A stretch of 64,000 bases of DNA from Diadema antillarum (GCF_040938485.1 NW_027272137.1:806001-870000), one strand, 5' to 3'; positions 24,627 to 37,273 are shown, counted from the first letter of the stretch. Numbers and translations are program-made. The notes: generated by a model from the letters alone, not told the origin.

Positions 24627-24716
24627 CACGGACTCATAGGAGAACAACCATTGGCTGAAGTCAAGAGTGATCCGTGGTGAAATAAAATAAAGTCAAACTC
24701 AAACTCAAACTCAAAC
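24627..24716 (+). mobile_element. L2/CR1-type 3' tail
   Basis: Stem CACGGA...TCCGTG enclosing GAGAACAA...GCTGAAG, then AATAAA and an (AAACTC)n tail. Confidence 0.55.
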
Positions 24717-24893
24717 CTCGTTACATACCAGAGAGCAACTCATATTGGAAAATCACACATATCTTTTTTATCAAGTCCTTGTTTGCCAATGAGTCAAATG
24801 TGTAAAAAATTTTCACACAAACCTACGGACAGGTAATTAACGTGGAATGCAGAGGGTTAAAGAGTCGTGTCTATCACTCACAGTAACCCACTT

Positions 24894-25070
24894 CAGTGGC
24901 GGATCAAGGGGGGGGGGGGAGGGGGAACTCCCCGGGCGAGCGTCCCCCCTTTATTTTTTTTTTTTGGTCAAAACAAAGGACATAAAAAGAAAAAATGGGG
25001 AGGGGGCGTGTGCCCCCCTTTGATTTTGTAAAGGCGCCCCTTCTTTACGGAATTCCTGGATCCGCACCTG
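24894..25070. mobile_element. GC-rich TIR MITE (CAGTGGCGGATC type)
   Basis: TIR CAGTGGCGGATC / GATCCGCACCTG; related copy at 47126-47245; no clear TSD. Confidence 0.7.
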
Positions 25071-26854
25071 CACTCCAAAGTGAGGAAGTATCTATATTAA
25101 TAGAAACACATTATTATCACTATTTTCTGGTTGGCGTGATTCAGCTTCATTTGTATATAGTACTACATCTACTACTTTTATGTATGCGATCGAATCACAG
25201 AGCTTAAGATAAAAAATCAGTGGAATCGATTGAAAAATTCTCTCATAACATTTTCCCAGCATGCTTGGCAAACACAGCATGTAGGCCTTCCACATCTAAA
25301 TAAGAAAGTTCAGTAGTAAATACTGCAGATTCTAGAGCTAATTATAACCCATTTGCATGCCAATCATCAAACCTTTATCTATATTCTGCTGAGGGCAGTG
25401 CACTATCCTGTGTTCTTGATGTGTGATACGCAAAGAGCATGCACATCTCTCAAAAGTGGAATTTTCTCTTTTGTGTTTTTCTTCCTGCATACTCCCAAAC
25501 AAGAGTTCAAAGGTCATAGAATGCACCGCACAGTGCATGTAAAAAGTCAAAGTCCCCTGTACCTTTGTTCGCGGTGTTTTCTCGATCAAATTCCAAATAA
25601 TGGTGGCGTTAGCGAGCTTTCGCACCGTCACAATAAGGAACCCTTCGCTATTTGATGCACGTTTGGAAGTACGCGCCTTCTTCAAAACTAATGCCGCGTG
25701 AAAACTTCACACTGTCTGTAACCAGCCGTAACCAGATGGATAGCGAGGATGAAATACATGATTTCACAATAGTTTAACAATAATGGACTTGTGAAAATGT
25801 AAAGCTGATTTCAAACATGATTATCTCCCTGTACGCCCCATATTGAAGGACCGCGTAACTTGAAGGGCAAGGAGAATATCATTAAACTTATACATTGTCA
25901 GTAGTCCAGGACGTATACTTATGCGTACTTTTCATGACGAATGAATAGATATTTTTTAATCTCTCTATATTGCGCTGCGGTGATCTGACGAACTTGTGCA
26001 GCTCTTCTGTCCCGCAGTCCATACATCAATGATGGCACTTGGATTCAAAGAAAGTTGTCATAATTCATGACTTTGATGATTTTTGAACGGATTGTATACT
26101 ACGAATTTCTCAAATTTCTCTGTGTTTCGTTCTTCACATAGCTGTTGTCGCCACCAGTGACCAGGATCCGTTCCCTACGGAGCAAAAGCCATCGATACGC
26201 AAAACACCGCGCGAGTCGTGTTTACAAAAACTCTTTTTTGACCACTTTACCGTGAAGGTGGGCCAAAAACTGAAAGGGGCGAGATATGTCGGAAATGTAG
26301 CATGCCATACAGGACACCTCTGGACTAAAGTTCTATAGACTGTAAAGGGATTTAAGAATTGAACAGGTTATTTGTGTATGGCTTTAGATGGTGACAAGCG
26401 TTGTAACAGGCATCGCGTCTACTTAGCAAATAAAACGATGACTGAAATAGTATCACAAACATGATTTAGGCTAATGTAGTTCTTTGTGGCGATACTGCAG
26501 TAGTTTTTCATCTAAATGATCACTCTCGCAAATATGCGATAAGCTCAGAGCAAAAGGAACATGTGAAACTAAACAGATTTCAACCTTATTCCATGCAATA
26601 TACTAAAAGGTGACCTTCTATATCTACTCATATAGCACTGGGTGATCAAAGTTTTGTGAAAGGTTGAAAGATCCAAACTTAGTTAAATCTTTTGACACAA
26701 TGAAATCCTAAGTGCAGGCAATTATTTCTCCGGTCATTTCAGTGTGATTCTGAAGTTGCTGGGGTGTTTTTTTTTTTCAAAGCAAGGAACTCGTAACCTT
26801 CCGACAATTTTAATAGATATTGATATTTTGATTTGCAAGGATCCCAAGAGCAGC

Positions 26855-27049
26855 ATGGACGAACAAGACGAAGGGCAGAGCGAGAAAGACCCGCTGCCAC
26901 CCCCGGTGGATCAGGCACCGACCGCTGTGTCGCTTCTGCAGCCATGGATTGAAATCCCCCTTGCAGGAACCAATGAGGCTGTACATATGCCAACCTCAGG
27001 CCGAGGGGCTGCTAATATGACCTACAAATTCTCCTCCGATGCCCCAGAG
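26855..27049 (+). CDS. PLSCR: PLSCR gene B coding exon 1
   Basis: MDEQDEGQSEKDPLPPPVDQAPTAVSLLQPWIEIPLAGTNEAVHMPTSGRGAANMTYKFSSDAPE; acceptor gcaag| at 26839, donor |gtacgt. Confidence 0.85.
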
Positions 27050-30000
27050 GTACGTAAATTTACTACTTAAGGCCTCGATCCTTCGCTCTTTGTATTTTTC
27101 AATATGTTTATGATAATATTTACTACTTCATTGCAACTGATTGATAAACTGCCCTACATCGACGTAAATATACTATATGTATCTTGTCCGCTGACTATAC
27201 ATAGTGAGAATTACTTTCTTCTTTTTGAAGTGCACGGTCATTCCCTTTCCCTATCTTATCTTATAAATCCATCATGGTATAAATGTAAAGACCAGTGGCC
27301 CATTGCATAAAACTCACCATTGAATTTCAATGGTAACTACCGTCAAAATTAGGCGTCACAGCCAATCAGCATCAAGAATTATAACATTTACCGCTAATTT
27401 GAAGACTTACCGCCAGAAAGGAGCGGTAAGTCCAGCGGTAAAGTGTTTTATGCAACAGGGCCCAGATGTAGTAAATTGATTTTAGCTGTTGAAAAGAAAT
27501 CATCAAATTATCTTTGATATTATGAATCTCGCGCCATGTATGTACTCTTTTTTACGTGAACATTATTGCTATCTGCGCCATTATATACTTACATCATTTC
27601 TTGGACATTATCGGACATTCTTATTAATATCTCTCCTATTTTTCTCCTTCTTTCTGATAAAATTGACAAACTTGATAGACGGTCACCATGGGGTTGCCAG
27701 CACCTCCTGTGGAGTGGATGGACAGGCCAGCTGGGGTCAGTGGATGTCCCTCTGGTCTCGAATATCTTGCCCTCGTCGATCAGGTTCTCGTACACCAAGT
27801 CGTCGAGCTTTTTGAACGTAAGTTTGAGATGACCATTTATTGTAGACATTGTGTTTAATTCATGAGTTTATAGTACTTATAGCATCTCCATCACTGCACA
27901 TTGCATACTATTATCTGTATAATCTGCTATTTTAGAAACTGATTCTACATCCATATACATGAATACTGTTAACAAAGTGTATGTCACTGAAACTATCAAA
28001 AGAAATAAAGAAAAATATAAAAACTCTACCCTCAGTACGATACGCTACCCCCCCCCCCCCCCCAAAAAAAAAAGGCAGACTGTCGAGATGTCGATATTTT
28101 GCCATTATTTCATTTATTTGGATTTGGTCACTTTACACCATTTTGAGAGGAAAGTTGAAAATTTATCATTTCAAATCAGCTTAGATTATCTGTTGTTGTT
28201 GTTGTTGTTGTAAAGAAAGAACGAAGAGAGAAAAAAAATTGGGGCCCTATACAAATAATTTGCCCCAGACAATACTAACTTAAACACACATTATAAATCT
28301 TAGAGATATTAAACAAGAATATTAATTATACCATGTCTCCACGTGGGAGCTCATATCGTCTCCACGAGGGAGCTCATAGATTATCTGAAGAAAAAAATGT
28401 ACTGTATAGTTTGTTGTACAAGCTATCATATGTTTTACCTAGGTATAGTGAGCAAGGATTTAAAACTAGGGTGATTTTTTCTAATATCAACAATCGCATT
28501 GATCGTATAATCTATTTCCTTTGCTTGATATTATCTGGTTTCGAATATGACATAAAAGCTTTGATAGATAATATTAGAGCAATTCGATTCGTGTAGACAT
28601 GCGTGTATATACTACCCAGTATTCTGACTATTTTCATTGCCTAGCCCAGTTTTATGACAATCAAATAAGAAGATGTTTGTATTGCAACTGATTGACAAAT
28701 TGCCCCTCACCGTTGTAAATAAACACGGATTATTCGGTGTTTCAGTACTATAGCCATGATAAAAATCATGAGAATACGAATACATGGGATTCGAACCAAC
28801 AACCTCATGAAACTTGTCAGACAGGACAGTGATGGTTCTGATTCCTTATAGCAGCGGGTACTGCGCACGTATTATATTCAGATTAATGCACCGATAAAGC
28901 TCAGTTTGTCAATGATACATGTAATAAAAACAACTCTGCGCAAGAATGATTGATTTGAAGTTTTCACTACTCATTTTCAATTCCAACCACAGTTGTGACT
29001 CCATACGAGTTGGAAAATAAATATGTCATCAAGAATTCTATGGGACAACAAATATACTACGCTTTTGAAGGTAGGCCTGATTTTCTTTTGTGTGCAACGT
29101 TTTATTTATATTTATATGTACATGTATCTTATCATTCTAAAGTTCATTATGCTTTTACGAATCAAATTTAATGATGATGTCCTCACTTCACAAATCATTT
29201 TCGGGTATCATCAAACAACTATTTATTACTGCTTGTCAGTATTTGTTAGGGGACAGAAAAAACGAGGTCATTACTAATCTGTCTGCTGATGCCATTTGTT
29301 CTGTATCATCAAGTCGAATCCCCTTTTCTCCCCACTGTAGAATCTGAAACGTGCCATAGGAATTTTTGTGGAAACCAACGTGGATTTACGCTCGGGTTTT
29401 TAGACTACACCCAAAAGGTATAATAATCTATCATGGACACGTCATGCAAAGATCTACTTGTCTTTCGTGTCCTCTTTCATAAAACACACGTCATGTCACC
29501 ACATCTAGTAACAGAAATATATACGGCAAAGCGTTCAGAGTGGACCTATTAATTTCCAATAAACACTGCATTTTGCAAATTAGTACTCTCTAAAAGAAAT
29601 CGAGTGAAAATATTCACTCTCAAAGGAGTGAATACAAAAAAGAGTGAATTTAGAGTGAAATTGGAGTGAATTTCGAGTAAAAATGTTCATTATTCACTCA
29701 TTTTGGAGTGACCTCAGGGATCACTCGAAGATTTTGGAGTGATCCCTGACGTCACTCTAAAACGAGTGAAAATGAACATTTTCACTTAAAATTCACTCCA
29801 ATTTCACTCTAAATTCACTCTTTTTTGTATTCACTCCTTTAAGAGAGAAAATGTTCACTCGATTTTTTTTAGAGAGTAACTTTGGAATTTATCTTTTGTG
29901 AGATATACAGGTATAAAACAGTAGAGAATGTCTATTGATACTGCGCTAAAATGCCTTTCTAATTTTCGAATCAAATAATGTGAAAAACCTCTGGCTAATT

Positions 30001-33000
30001 GAGTAAAGTTAATGATGTGAAAGACCTTTGGCTGATTAAGCAAACGATGTAAAAGACATTTGGCTAATTAAGCAAATGCTGTCAATAGGACTGTTATAGC
30101 GTTTTATTTCTTTTGATCATATACTGTCTTTTTTTAATGTAAATGCATAGCAATATTACAAGACAATGATGATGGTCACATGATGATAATGACAATGCTT
30201 AATATAATATGATTGTAGAAAAATTATTGCGATAGTGATGATAAAGTTTATAATTATCACTTTTCTGGAATAGCATTACGATNNNNNNNNNNNNNNNNNN
30301 NNNNNNNNNNNNNNNNNNNNNNNNNNNNNNNNNNNNNNNNNNNNNNNNNNNNNNNNNNNNNNNNNNNNNNNNNNNNNNNNNNNNNNNNNNNNNNNNNNNN
30401 NNNNNNNNNNTTAGTATTCCACGGGAGACATAACTTCTTCTTCCTATTTCCTTTATTTTGTGTTCGAGCTTTCGGCCATGTCGGCCTTCATCAGGATCTA
30501 TACAGGCAGCTGACAGGCAAACAAAATGACAAATGTGCCACTGCCAGTGATATTTATAACATGACTTACATGTATGTGCTGTAATGTTATAAATATCACT
30601 GGCAGTGGCACATTTGTCATCTTGTTTGCATAGATCCTGATGAAGGCCGACACGGCCGAAAGCTCGAACACAAAATAAAGGAAATAAGAAGAAGAAGCTA
30701 CGGCTCCCGTGGAATACTAATTATACTGTCTTACGCCTACATAATGTCTCCGTTGCACGACCTGGAAGTTTAAGCGTTGGCACAAAATGTTTTGCATATA
30801 TATATAGTGCGATGATGCTGATACTCGTACCGTACGCCTCTGTCATCTTAGGAAGAATTATAGTCGAGACAATGTGACGATGACAAAAGATGTTGCAGGA
30901 AGCCGGCTAGCTTTTGTCATCATTACATTGTCTCGACTATATATATATATAATTTTTTTCCACAATGACCATTATGACCAATACTTCTCTCCTTACTTTG
31001 ATTCGTACATCTGCGACCATGTATACAGGAGGTGATGCGGTTAGTTCGCCCTTTTAAGTGTTGTGCTGGCTGGCCCTGCTGTGCTTGCTTTAATCACTGC
31101 GCCTATACCATCGATGTGGAATCACCCCCAGGAACAGTGATCGGCTCAGTCAGACAGACGTATGATTCTAAGTTTGATCTTTCGACTTAGCCCCACACTC
31201 ATTGGTATTAGCAGCTGAAATTAATATATGAGAAAAGCTGAATAGGTAGGAAGATCGATATAGATACAAACCAGGAAGTAAATGAAAGGTGCATAGACAG
31301 ACAGATAAATACATACCTACATACACACGAAGATATGCATGTACATGCATTTATCTATATAATCATGTGTATATAATTCTATTGATTGTATATCTATGCA
31401 TATTAATGTATTGAAGTATGCATGATAAGTCAACGTATGTTTTATACCTATACGCATGTGAGTACATACAATCTGAACAAAGAAATACAAATTTCATATA
31501 TACATAATAATGATAACACATTAATCTATTTTCACTAAAAGTCAGAAGAAAAATATGTTAAAATGTCGCAAGCGTTCGCGTAATCAGTCGTCAAATCGAT
31601 TTAGCATTCTAGTGGAGATCTTCAGTGGAGATCTGGACCCTCCTAAAACCTTAAATTAAAAACTTCAACCCCTGTGGTACTCTTACAAGTTTTAAGTATC
31701 GTATTGATATACACATGATATGCACGCTCATTTAAAAGATGTAAATAGTACGTAATATCATAACGTGTTCATTATATTATACTGGTACTCTAAGAAGGCG
31801 TTGCAAAAAAAGTCGAGCTGCAATAGATTGCAAATATCTATTGCAAATCTTGTATTTGATAGATCAACTGCAACTTGGAATCAGTCGGAAGTAACCGTTG
31901 CAAGAGCTTGCCATCAATTGCAAGTTAGAATTAATTTGCAATCAACAGCATCTTTCCTGTAAATAGCAGAATCGATTGTACGGTGCAATTGATTGCAAAT
32001 TTGCGATAATTTCAAGACTTGCGATTGATTTTGAGGATTTACAATTGATTGCAACTTTCTTGCAACGCTCCCTATAAGAGGTCAACACACTTTGAAAGAA
32101 GGCTGCTGGATCTCTGCATCGGCATTGTTTCTCATACTCCATATTATGAATCCTGCAATCACGCTGTTACAGTGGAAACTCAGCAAAGCGAGATCCTTTG
32201 GCCCAAGATAATTTGTTCTTTATATCAGACATTTTGTTTTATAAGTAGCCAATAAACAATACAAAACAAAGAAATGAATTTATTGGGACCGGAGAAATTA
32301 GTTTGCTAAATCGGGTATTTTGTTATAAACGCCTATCAGATCTCGTTGTATCGAGTTTTCACTGTACTTATTTCTGTCCCGGATGTAGTCTCAGCCCGTG
32401 GAAGGTTCACCTGGACATCCTCGATCACCATGGTAACACAGTTCTCAAAGTTCGGGGACCCTGCTGTCTCTGCCAGGGGGTCTGCTGCACGGAAGACGTG
32501 AACTTTGAGGTGTCAATTATCTCTTTTATATCTCTTTGTCTTAGAGTCACCAACCTATAACTCTCATCCTCCCTCTCTCTTCTCTCTCTTTATTGTCTTT
32601 CCTTTTGTCTGTATATTTCACTGAGTAACAGCAAGTTTCGATGTGTGTGTGTGTGTCTGTGTGTGTGTGTGTCTGTGTCTGTGTGTCTGTGTGTCTGTCT
32701 GTCTCTGTATCAGCACACATTTACCAGTGTTCAGTGCCAGTAAAATCTCAATCAGGCATGTGGCTATTGTCGCAGTGACATGTGACATGAGTGACATGAA
32801 GCTATAATATCTCTCATTACATTCGTAAATAACTTTGTGCCGAGGAAGAGTTAGTGGATTGGTACATACGTGTAAAATAAATGTTACTCTAACAGATAAA
32901 TGACTGTGTACCTTGTGAAATGTTTGTTCATATAAATCAACTGTGTAGGCTACATGCAGTAATCAATCGAAATGTGATGTGCAAGTGGCGTCACAATCAG

Positions 33001-35561
33001 GCCGTCCGTTTACCACTGCTGATCTCTACGTATAGTACGCTGTCCTCGTGGATTCGCGAACGTTGAGTGAAAACAGAGTAAGTTTGTCTGATTTCACTCG
33101 ATTTGAGCTGAATAGTTACCACTGCTTTCATTTAAAACGGTGTCTTGTTTAGGCAAATTCTTTTCTTAAGGCGAAATAATCTGGTCTTTTTATTAACCTT
33201 AATGCTCAATCCGCTTTTCTGAAGGTGAAAACCACCGACTTGAAGCATAACATCGGTGTGATCAGCAAGCAGTGGGGAGGATGGATCCGAGAGGTTTACA
33301 CCAAGGCAGATAACTTCAGCATGACCTGTGAGTATATATTTTTATTTCATCGGTTTCTATTGTCCAAAGAGATATTGCTAATGTATGAGCTTTTTGTTTC
33401 ATGTTGCGGAATTAATGTAGGAAGCAACAGGTTGTCATTACACAGAAATTATTACTGCCCTCTTGTTTGTGGACCTAAGCGGGACACCATTTAACTCGAA
33501 AAAAAAAACCCAACAAACCATTGCACAATTTGTAATCACTACACCAAGTCTTGGTTTTGATGACATACGAGACTATATTCGATGACAATTTGCTAGTCAG
33601 TAAATGCTAGATTGCTCGTGAATTCGAACCGAACAATCTTAGATAATATGCGTTTATAAACGATTTAAAGGTCCTGTTTACCTTTGGGAGCAGTGATTTA
33701 AAAAATGTTCAAGATATCACATATGATGCATACGTGTAGGACTGTTGTATCACAAAACATCCTACCATATAATATTTTCGCAATAAAACCTAAAATGTAA
33801 GGAGATATCAGTATTTTTCTCAATAAACCATAACTGTAGACGGTTTAGTGTGGAAACATTGTTATTATAACTATTGTTCACATTTTGTGTATTTAACAAT
33901 ACTGAACATCGATTATACGGATTAAAATTTTTACAGTGGGTGTTTCTATCCCTAAATCACATTTTAGAACTATTTCAAAGCACTAACGCTGGGTTTTTGT
34001 TTCATCTGCAAGTGGTAAATTATGCCTTTAAGAGAACATTGTGTAGCATGGTAATCATCTGACGTGATATATAGCTTTGGTGATCTGGGATGAGATGTAG
34101 TATTGATGAAAATTTCCTAAATTTCTGAAAACAGGGTTTTTTTTCACTCTCCCATGCAGTCCCAAAAGACTTGGATGTGAGGACAAAGGCGACATTAATG
34201 GCCGCCATGTTTTTAATTGTGAGTATACCATATTATATCTTTTGTTTATACATGCACTGCTGCTGCATAGAGCTTTGAAAGAATTATTCGCAATTATGCG
34301 AAAAAGGTATAATAAGCTAAAAATGAACAGTAAAAATCTATAAGCACACCCGTGATGATTTGGTAAGAAAACAAAAACAAATAAAGACTATAAGGGGAGT
34401 AAGAAATTGTGAAGTTCTCTATACTCTTTGCCAAAACAATTCTCTAATAGTTTATACGAATATACAAATGAGTGAGCTGAAAAGACAATGTTATTCCTGG
34501 CTGAATGACTTCAGAAAATGATCAGTCAGGTATCAGTATTGTAGGATTTGAGACTTGGCCATAAATGCGATTGAAAAAAAAAGACTTTCAAGATTTTGTG
34601 TACAAACAAAATGGCATGTCATAAATGTATTACAACGCGTTTTACAGCAGCAAGCGTATCTCCAGTACTAAAAAGAATGTACAGGGTCACACTCAGCAAA
34701 AGAGCGGCAGGGGAGCAGCAAGGTGAGTAGCGGGGTGGGGGTGGGGGGAAGCAGGGGAAGCAGGGGGTTGCAATCTAGGGGGCAGTTAGTGAGGGCAGTG
34801 CCTATATATCAGGGGAAGTTGACCCTTAGCCCTATTTTAATAGTAACGCCTATATCATATTATGATAATACTCTTTAAGAAATGATTTTGTTGATGAATA
34901 ACAAACCTTTAAAAGTTTGAGGTAGAAAAACGCGTAGGAATGAAAATACTCATTATTTCGATATCTTTGAAGAGATATCTATGAAGAAATATGAAGAGAC
35001 ATATATGAAGAGATATGCGTAAAAGAGTATTACACAGTGCAATTTACAATGAATGTGGTTGTTGATGTGCCTTTTTTGGTTGTTCGTTGGCGTTTGTAAC
35101 AATTCTTCACTAATCTAATCTTCCTTTATTGATATGATATTCTTTGCATTGTATAAGGTATCTTCGTGTATCTATGTGTAATTTTTATTTTGTAAACGGG
35201 AATTATAAGTCTTCGGACTTTTCACCCGTCTGTGTGTTTTTGATGGCAATAAAGCTGATCAATTTCAATTTCAATTTCAATTTCACAGAGCAGATTTGGT
35301 TTTGCTTATAGGGTTTTGCTAAGGAATTTATTTTGGGATAGATCAATTTAAATGGGTCATTAGATTCATCTCCATTCCCTCTACAGTCATTCAACTCTGT
35401 GTTGCGTCCGTTTTGGCATTTCATGTGGCAATTCTTATTTCGCATTACTGCAGGCCCAAAATGCATCGTCAATATTTGCTCGTTTGTATTATCATCATCA
35501 TCTCAATACTCACTTTGTATAGGAGTTTGCCTACTTTGAGAGAAAGAACCGCCGTCGCTAA
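26855..35561 (+). CDS. PLSCR: Phospholipid scramblase gene B (9 coding exons, 313 aa), tandem duplicate of gene A
   Basis: Exons 26855-27049, 27679-27817, 28993-29070, 29341-29417, 31029-31159, 32389-32509, 33225-33327, 34160-34218 and 35523-35561 join in frame (942 nt). Exons 2-8 have the same sizes and phases as in gene A. Confidence 0.95.
27296..27463. mobile_element. PIF/Harbinger-like MITE (gene B intron 1)
   Basis: Inverted ends GGCCCATTGCATAAAAC / GTTTTATGCAACAGGGCCC with CAG flanks; central AGCCAATCAG shared with 63683-63823. Confidence 0.65.
27679..27817 (+). CDS. PLSCR: PLSCR gene B coding exon 2
   Basis: TVTMGLPAPPVEWMDRPAGVSGCPSGLEYLALVDQVLVHQVVELFE; |gtaagt. Confidence 0.95.
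28993..29070 (+). CDS. PLSCR: PLSCR gene B coding exon 3
   Basis: (L)VTPYELENKYVIKNSMGQQIYYAFE; acag| and |gtaggc. Confidence 0.95.
29341..29417 (+). CDS. PLSCR: PLSCR gene B coding exon 4
   Basis: (E)SETCHRNFCGNQRGFTLGFLDYTQK; gtag| and |gtataa. Confidence 0.95.
29584..29878. mobile_element. Foldback MITE, near-perfect 295-bp palindrome (gene B intron 4)
   Basis: TA-CTCTCTAAAA...TTTTAGAGAG-TA; arms of about 140 bp made of GAGTGA/TCACTC units around a roughly 10-nt loop. Confidence 0.8.
30456..30501 (-). ncRNA. Second hammerhead-like motif, inverted copy
   Basis: Minus strand reads GATC-CTGATGA-A-GGCCGACATGGCC-GAAAGCTC-GAAC (core 30494 to 30466). Confidence 0.45.
30630..30675 (+). ncRNA. 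Minimal type-I hammerhead ribozyme-like motif (PLE type)
   Basis: CTGATGA 30637-30643; stem II GGCCG/ACA/CGGCC; GAAA 30658-30661; palindromic AGCT; predicted cleavage C at 30665. Helix I is short and imperfect. Confidence 0.5.
31029..31159 (+). CDS. PLSCR: PLSCR gene B coding exon 5
   Basis: EVMRLVRPFKCCAGWPCCACFNHCAYTIDVESPPGTVIGSVRQ; acag| and |gtatga. Confidence 0.95.
31794..32072. mobile_element. Harbinger-like MITE with TTGCAA repeats (gene B intron 5)
   Basis: Inverted ends GGCGTTGCAAAAAAAGT / ACTTTCTTGCAACGCTCCC; many internal ATTGCAA units. Confidence 0.6.
32389..32509 (+). CDS. PLSCR: PLSCR gene B coding exon 6
   Basis: (T)LSPWKVHLDILDHHGNTVLKVRGPCCLCQGVCCTEDVNFE; gtag| and |gtgtca. 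Confidence 0.95.
33225..33327 (+). CDS. PLSCR: PLSCR gene B coding exon 7
   Basis: VKTTDLKHNIGVISKQWGGWIREVYTKADNFSMT; gaag| and |gtgagt. Confidence 0.95.
33669..34027. mobile_element. Kolobok-like MITE, family 1 copy 2 (gene B intron 7)
   Basis: TTAA flanks at 33665-33668 and 34028-34031; similar along its length to 2909-3251. Confidence 0.8.
34160..34218 (+). CDS. PLSCR: PLSCR gene B coding exon 8
   Basis: (F)PKDLDVRTKATLMAAMFLI; gcag| and |gtgagt. Confidence 0.95.
35523..35561 (+). CDS. PLSCR: PLSCR gene B terminal coding exon 9
   Basis: EFAYFERKNRRR-stop; atag| acceptor; the following 3' UTR resembles that of gene A. Confidence 0.9.
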   Translation, partial: EFAYFERKNRRR

Positions 35562-35777
35562 GGAAGAAGTCATTCTTTGCTACGTCAAAGGACTCCATGT
35601 TTTCCTCGCCAGCTGCAAGAATGTATCCGCACTTTCAATTGTATGTTCTTGAGATTAAGCTATGCTACATAATTATCATTGATCTATGATTATTATTGTC
35701 AGCTTACTGATGGAGATTATCTATATTGGTTAATAATGTCAGCTTGTTGTGCCCGCTTATGTAACCGAGTACCTCTA

Positions 35778-35950
35778 CAGGCAACTCCCGTTATAACGAA
35801 GTCGTCTGGACCGACAGTTTTCTTTCGTTATAGCCGAAAAAAATAATAAAGTATATAAAGATGTCTAATTGATATTTTGGGAGCCTGAATCATACTACGT
35901 CGTATCCGAAATTTTGTTATAACCGTGTTCGTTATAACGGGAGTGCACTG
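35778..35950. mobile_element. Tc1/mariner (pogo/Tigger-like) MITE
   Basis: TA|CAGGCAACTCCCGTTATAACGAA ... TTCGTTATAACGGGAGTGCACTG|TA. Confidence 0.8.
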
Positions 35951-36028
35951 TACTATCATTCACGATTCATTGAAGCATCAGTGGCCACAGTTGTCGGGCT
36001 TGTTGACGGACCGCACTTGATTACTAAG

Positions 36029-36067
<39 letters not shown>

Positions 36068-37230
36068 CGCGTGTGTGAATGCTATTATGATTATTTATGT
36101 TTCTATATCAAAATAGTTCTCTACTGAACCAATCATTAGTATTGGTAAGCTTGTTGTAGGTTCGATGATGGTATATACTTGATTGCTGAGTATCGGTGGC
36201 GACGATTTCGTGTGTTTTTATGTGTGGTAGGCCTGTATAGACAATATTAAAATGTCCCTGCGATCCAAATGCATGTGGTAAGAATGATAATGACGTTAAG
36301 TTGTCACTGAAGTCATAGTGTTCTCATTCTCAGCCGATTGTTATTATGTTGACCTCTATTGATGCCTTTTGGTCTGTACATTAAACCAATGCACTAAACT
36401 CTTCGTGAAAATATGCAGCATATGTTTTTAAACGTTTTTTCTTAATGTTTTCTGCCCCACTTCTAAAAAGAAAGAAAAAGAAAAAGAAAACAAATCTTCC
36501 AGATCATCTATATTCATATTCCAGCGTTGACATCCTTCTCCTGTATCACTTGAGCTGAAGAGTGGTAGTTCATTGCAAAAATTTGTCAGAAGAATTTGCA
36601 TTAAAAAAGTACTTGTACCACTGACGTACTGAAGTGCAAGTAGTATATAGTAAGGCACATAAAAAAACATGCACACTCGATGATCCTAGGTCCTTGATAC
36701 AGCAAAGAATATTTATGTCATCCTTCTCTAATGGTTTTGTAAAAAGACTAATTGACTGTGAATCAAATACAGTGTATGGTATACGTGTCGGAATATCCAC
36801 TTTGTATTTTTTTTTTTCTTCAATGAAGCATAGGATGGGCTGATAGTCATCAAGCTGCGTACAGGTTCATTCCGTTCATATTTGCGACTTCTCTTCTCCA
36901 GTCAAATGCCAATTGCCACTGACTGTTATAATCCTCGTGCTATCACCACCCGTCCCGCTATCATGCGATAGCCGACACAGTGACACAAATACGCCAATAA
37001 TGAGTCCGAGATGAGAAAGTAGACACTTTAAACAATCGAATATGGCTTTATTCAAACACTTCAGATGGCGATATCTTGTAATTCTCTGTAATTCTTATAA
37101 GCAAGTTGTAGTGTTATGCTTTCCAAAAATATTGGCAAGCTCATGATAAACTTCGTTCCAACTTGCCGGTCAAAAACGATACGTTGACCATTTTTTGTTT
37201 GTTGTGTGTGCTTGTGTATGTTAGGGATGG

Positions 37231-37273
<43 letters not shown>

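Larger units (their letters stand above)
30411..30720. mobile_element. Inverted duplication of a Penelope-like element terminal repeat containing hammerhead motifs
   Basis: About 150-bp inverted arms (one 16-nt indel), each containing CTGATGA-A-GGCCG-loop-GGCC-GAAAGCTC followed by AATAAA. Confidence 0.65.

Noticed and set aside
28786-28797. tRNA B-box (GGTTCGAATCCC on the minus strand)
   Set aside because: No cloverleaf or clear A-box. At most a decayed tRNA-derived SINE, so not called as a tRNA.
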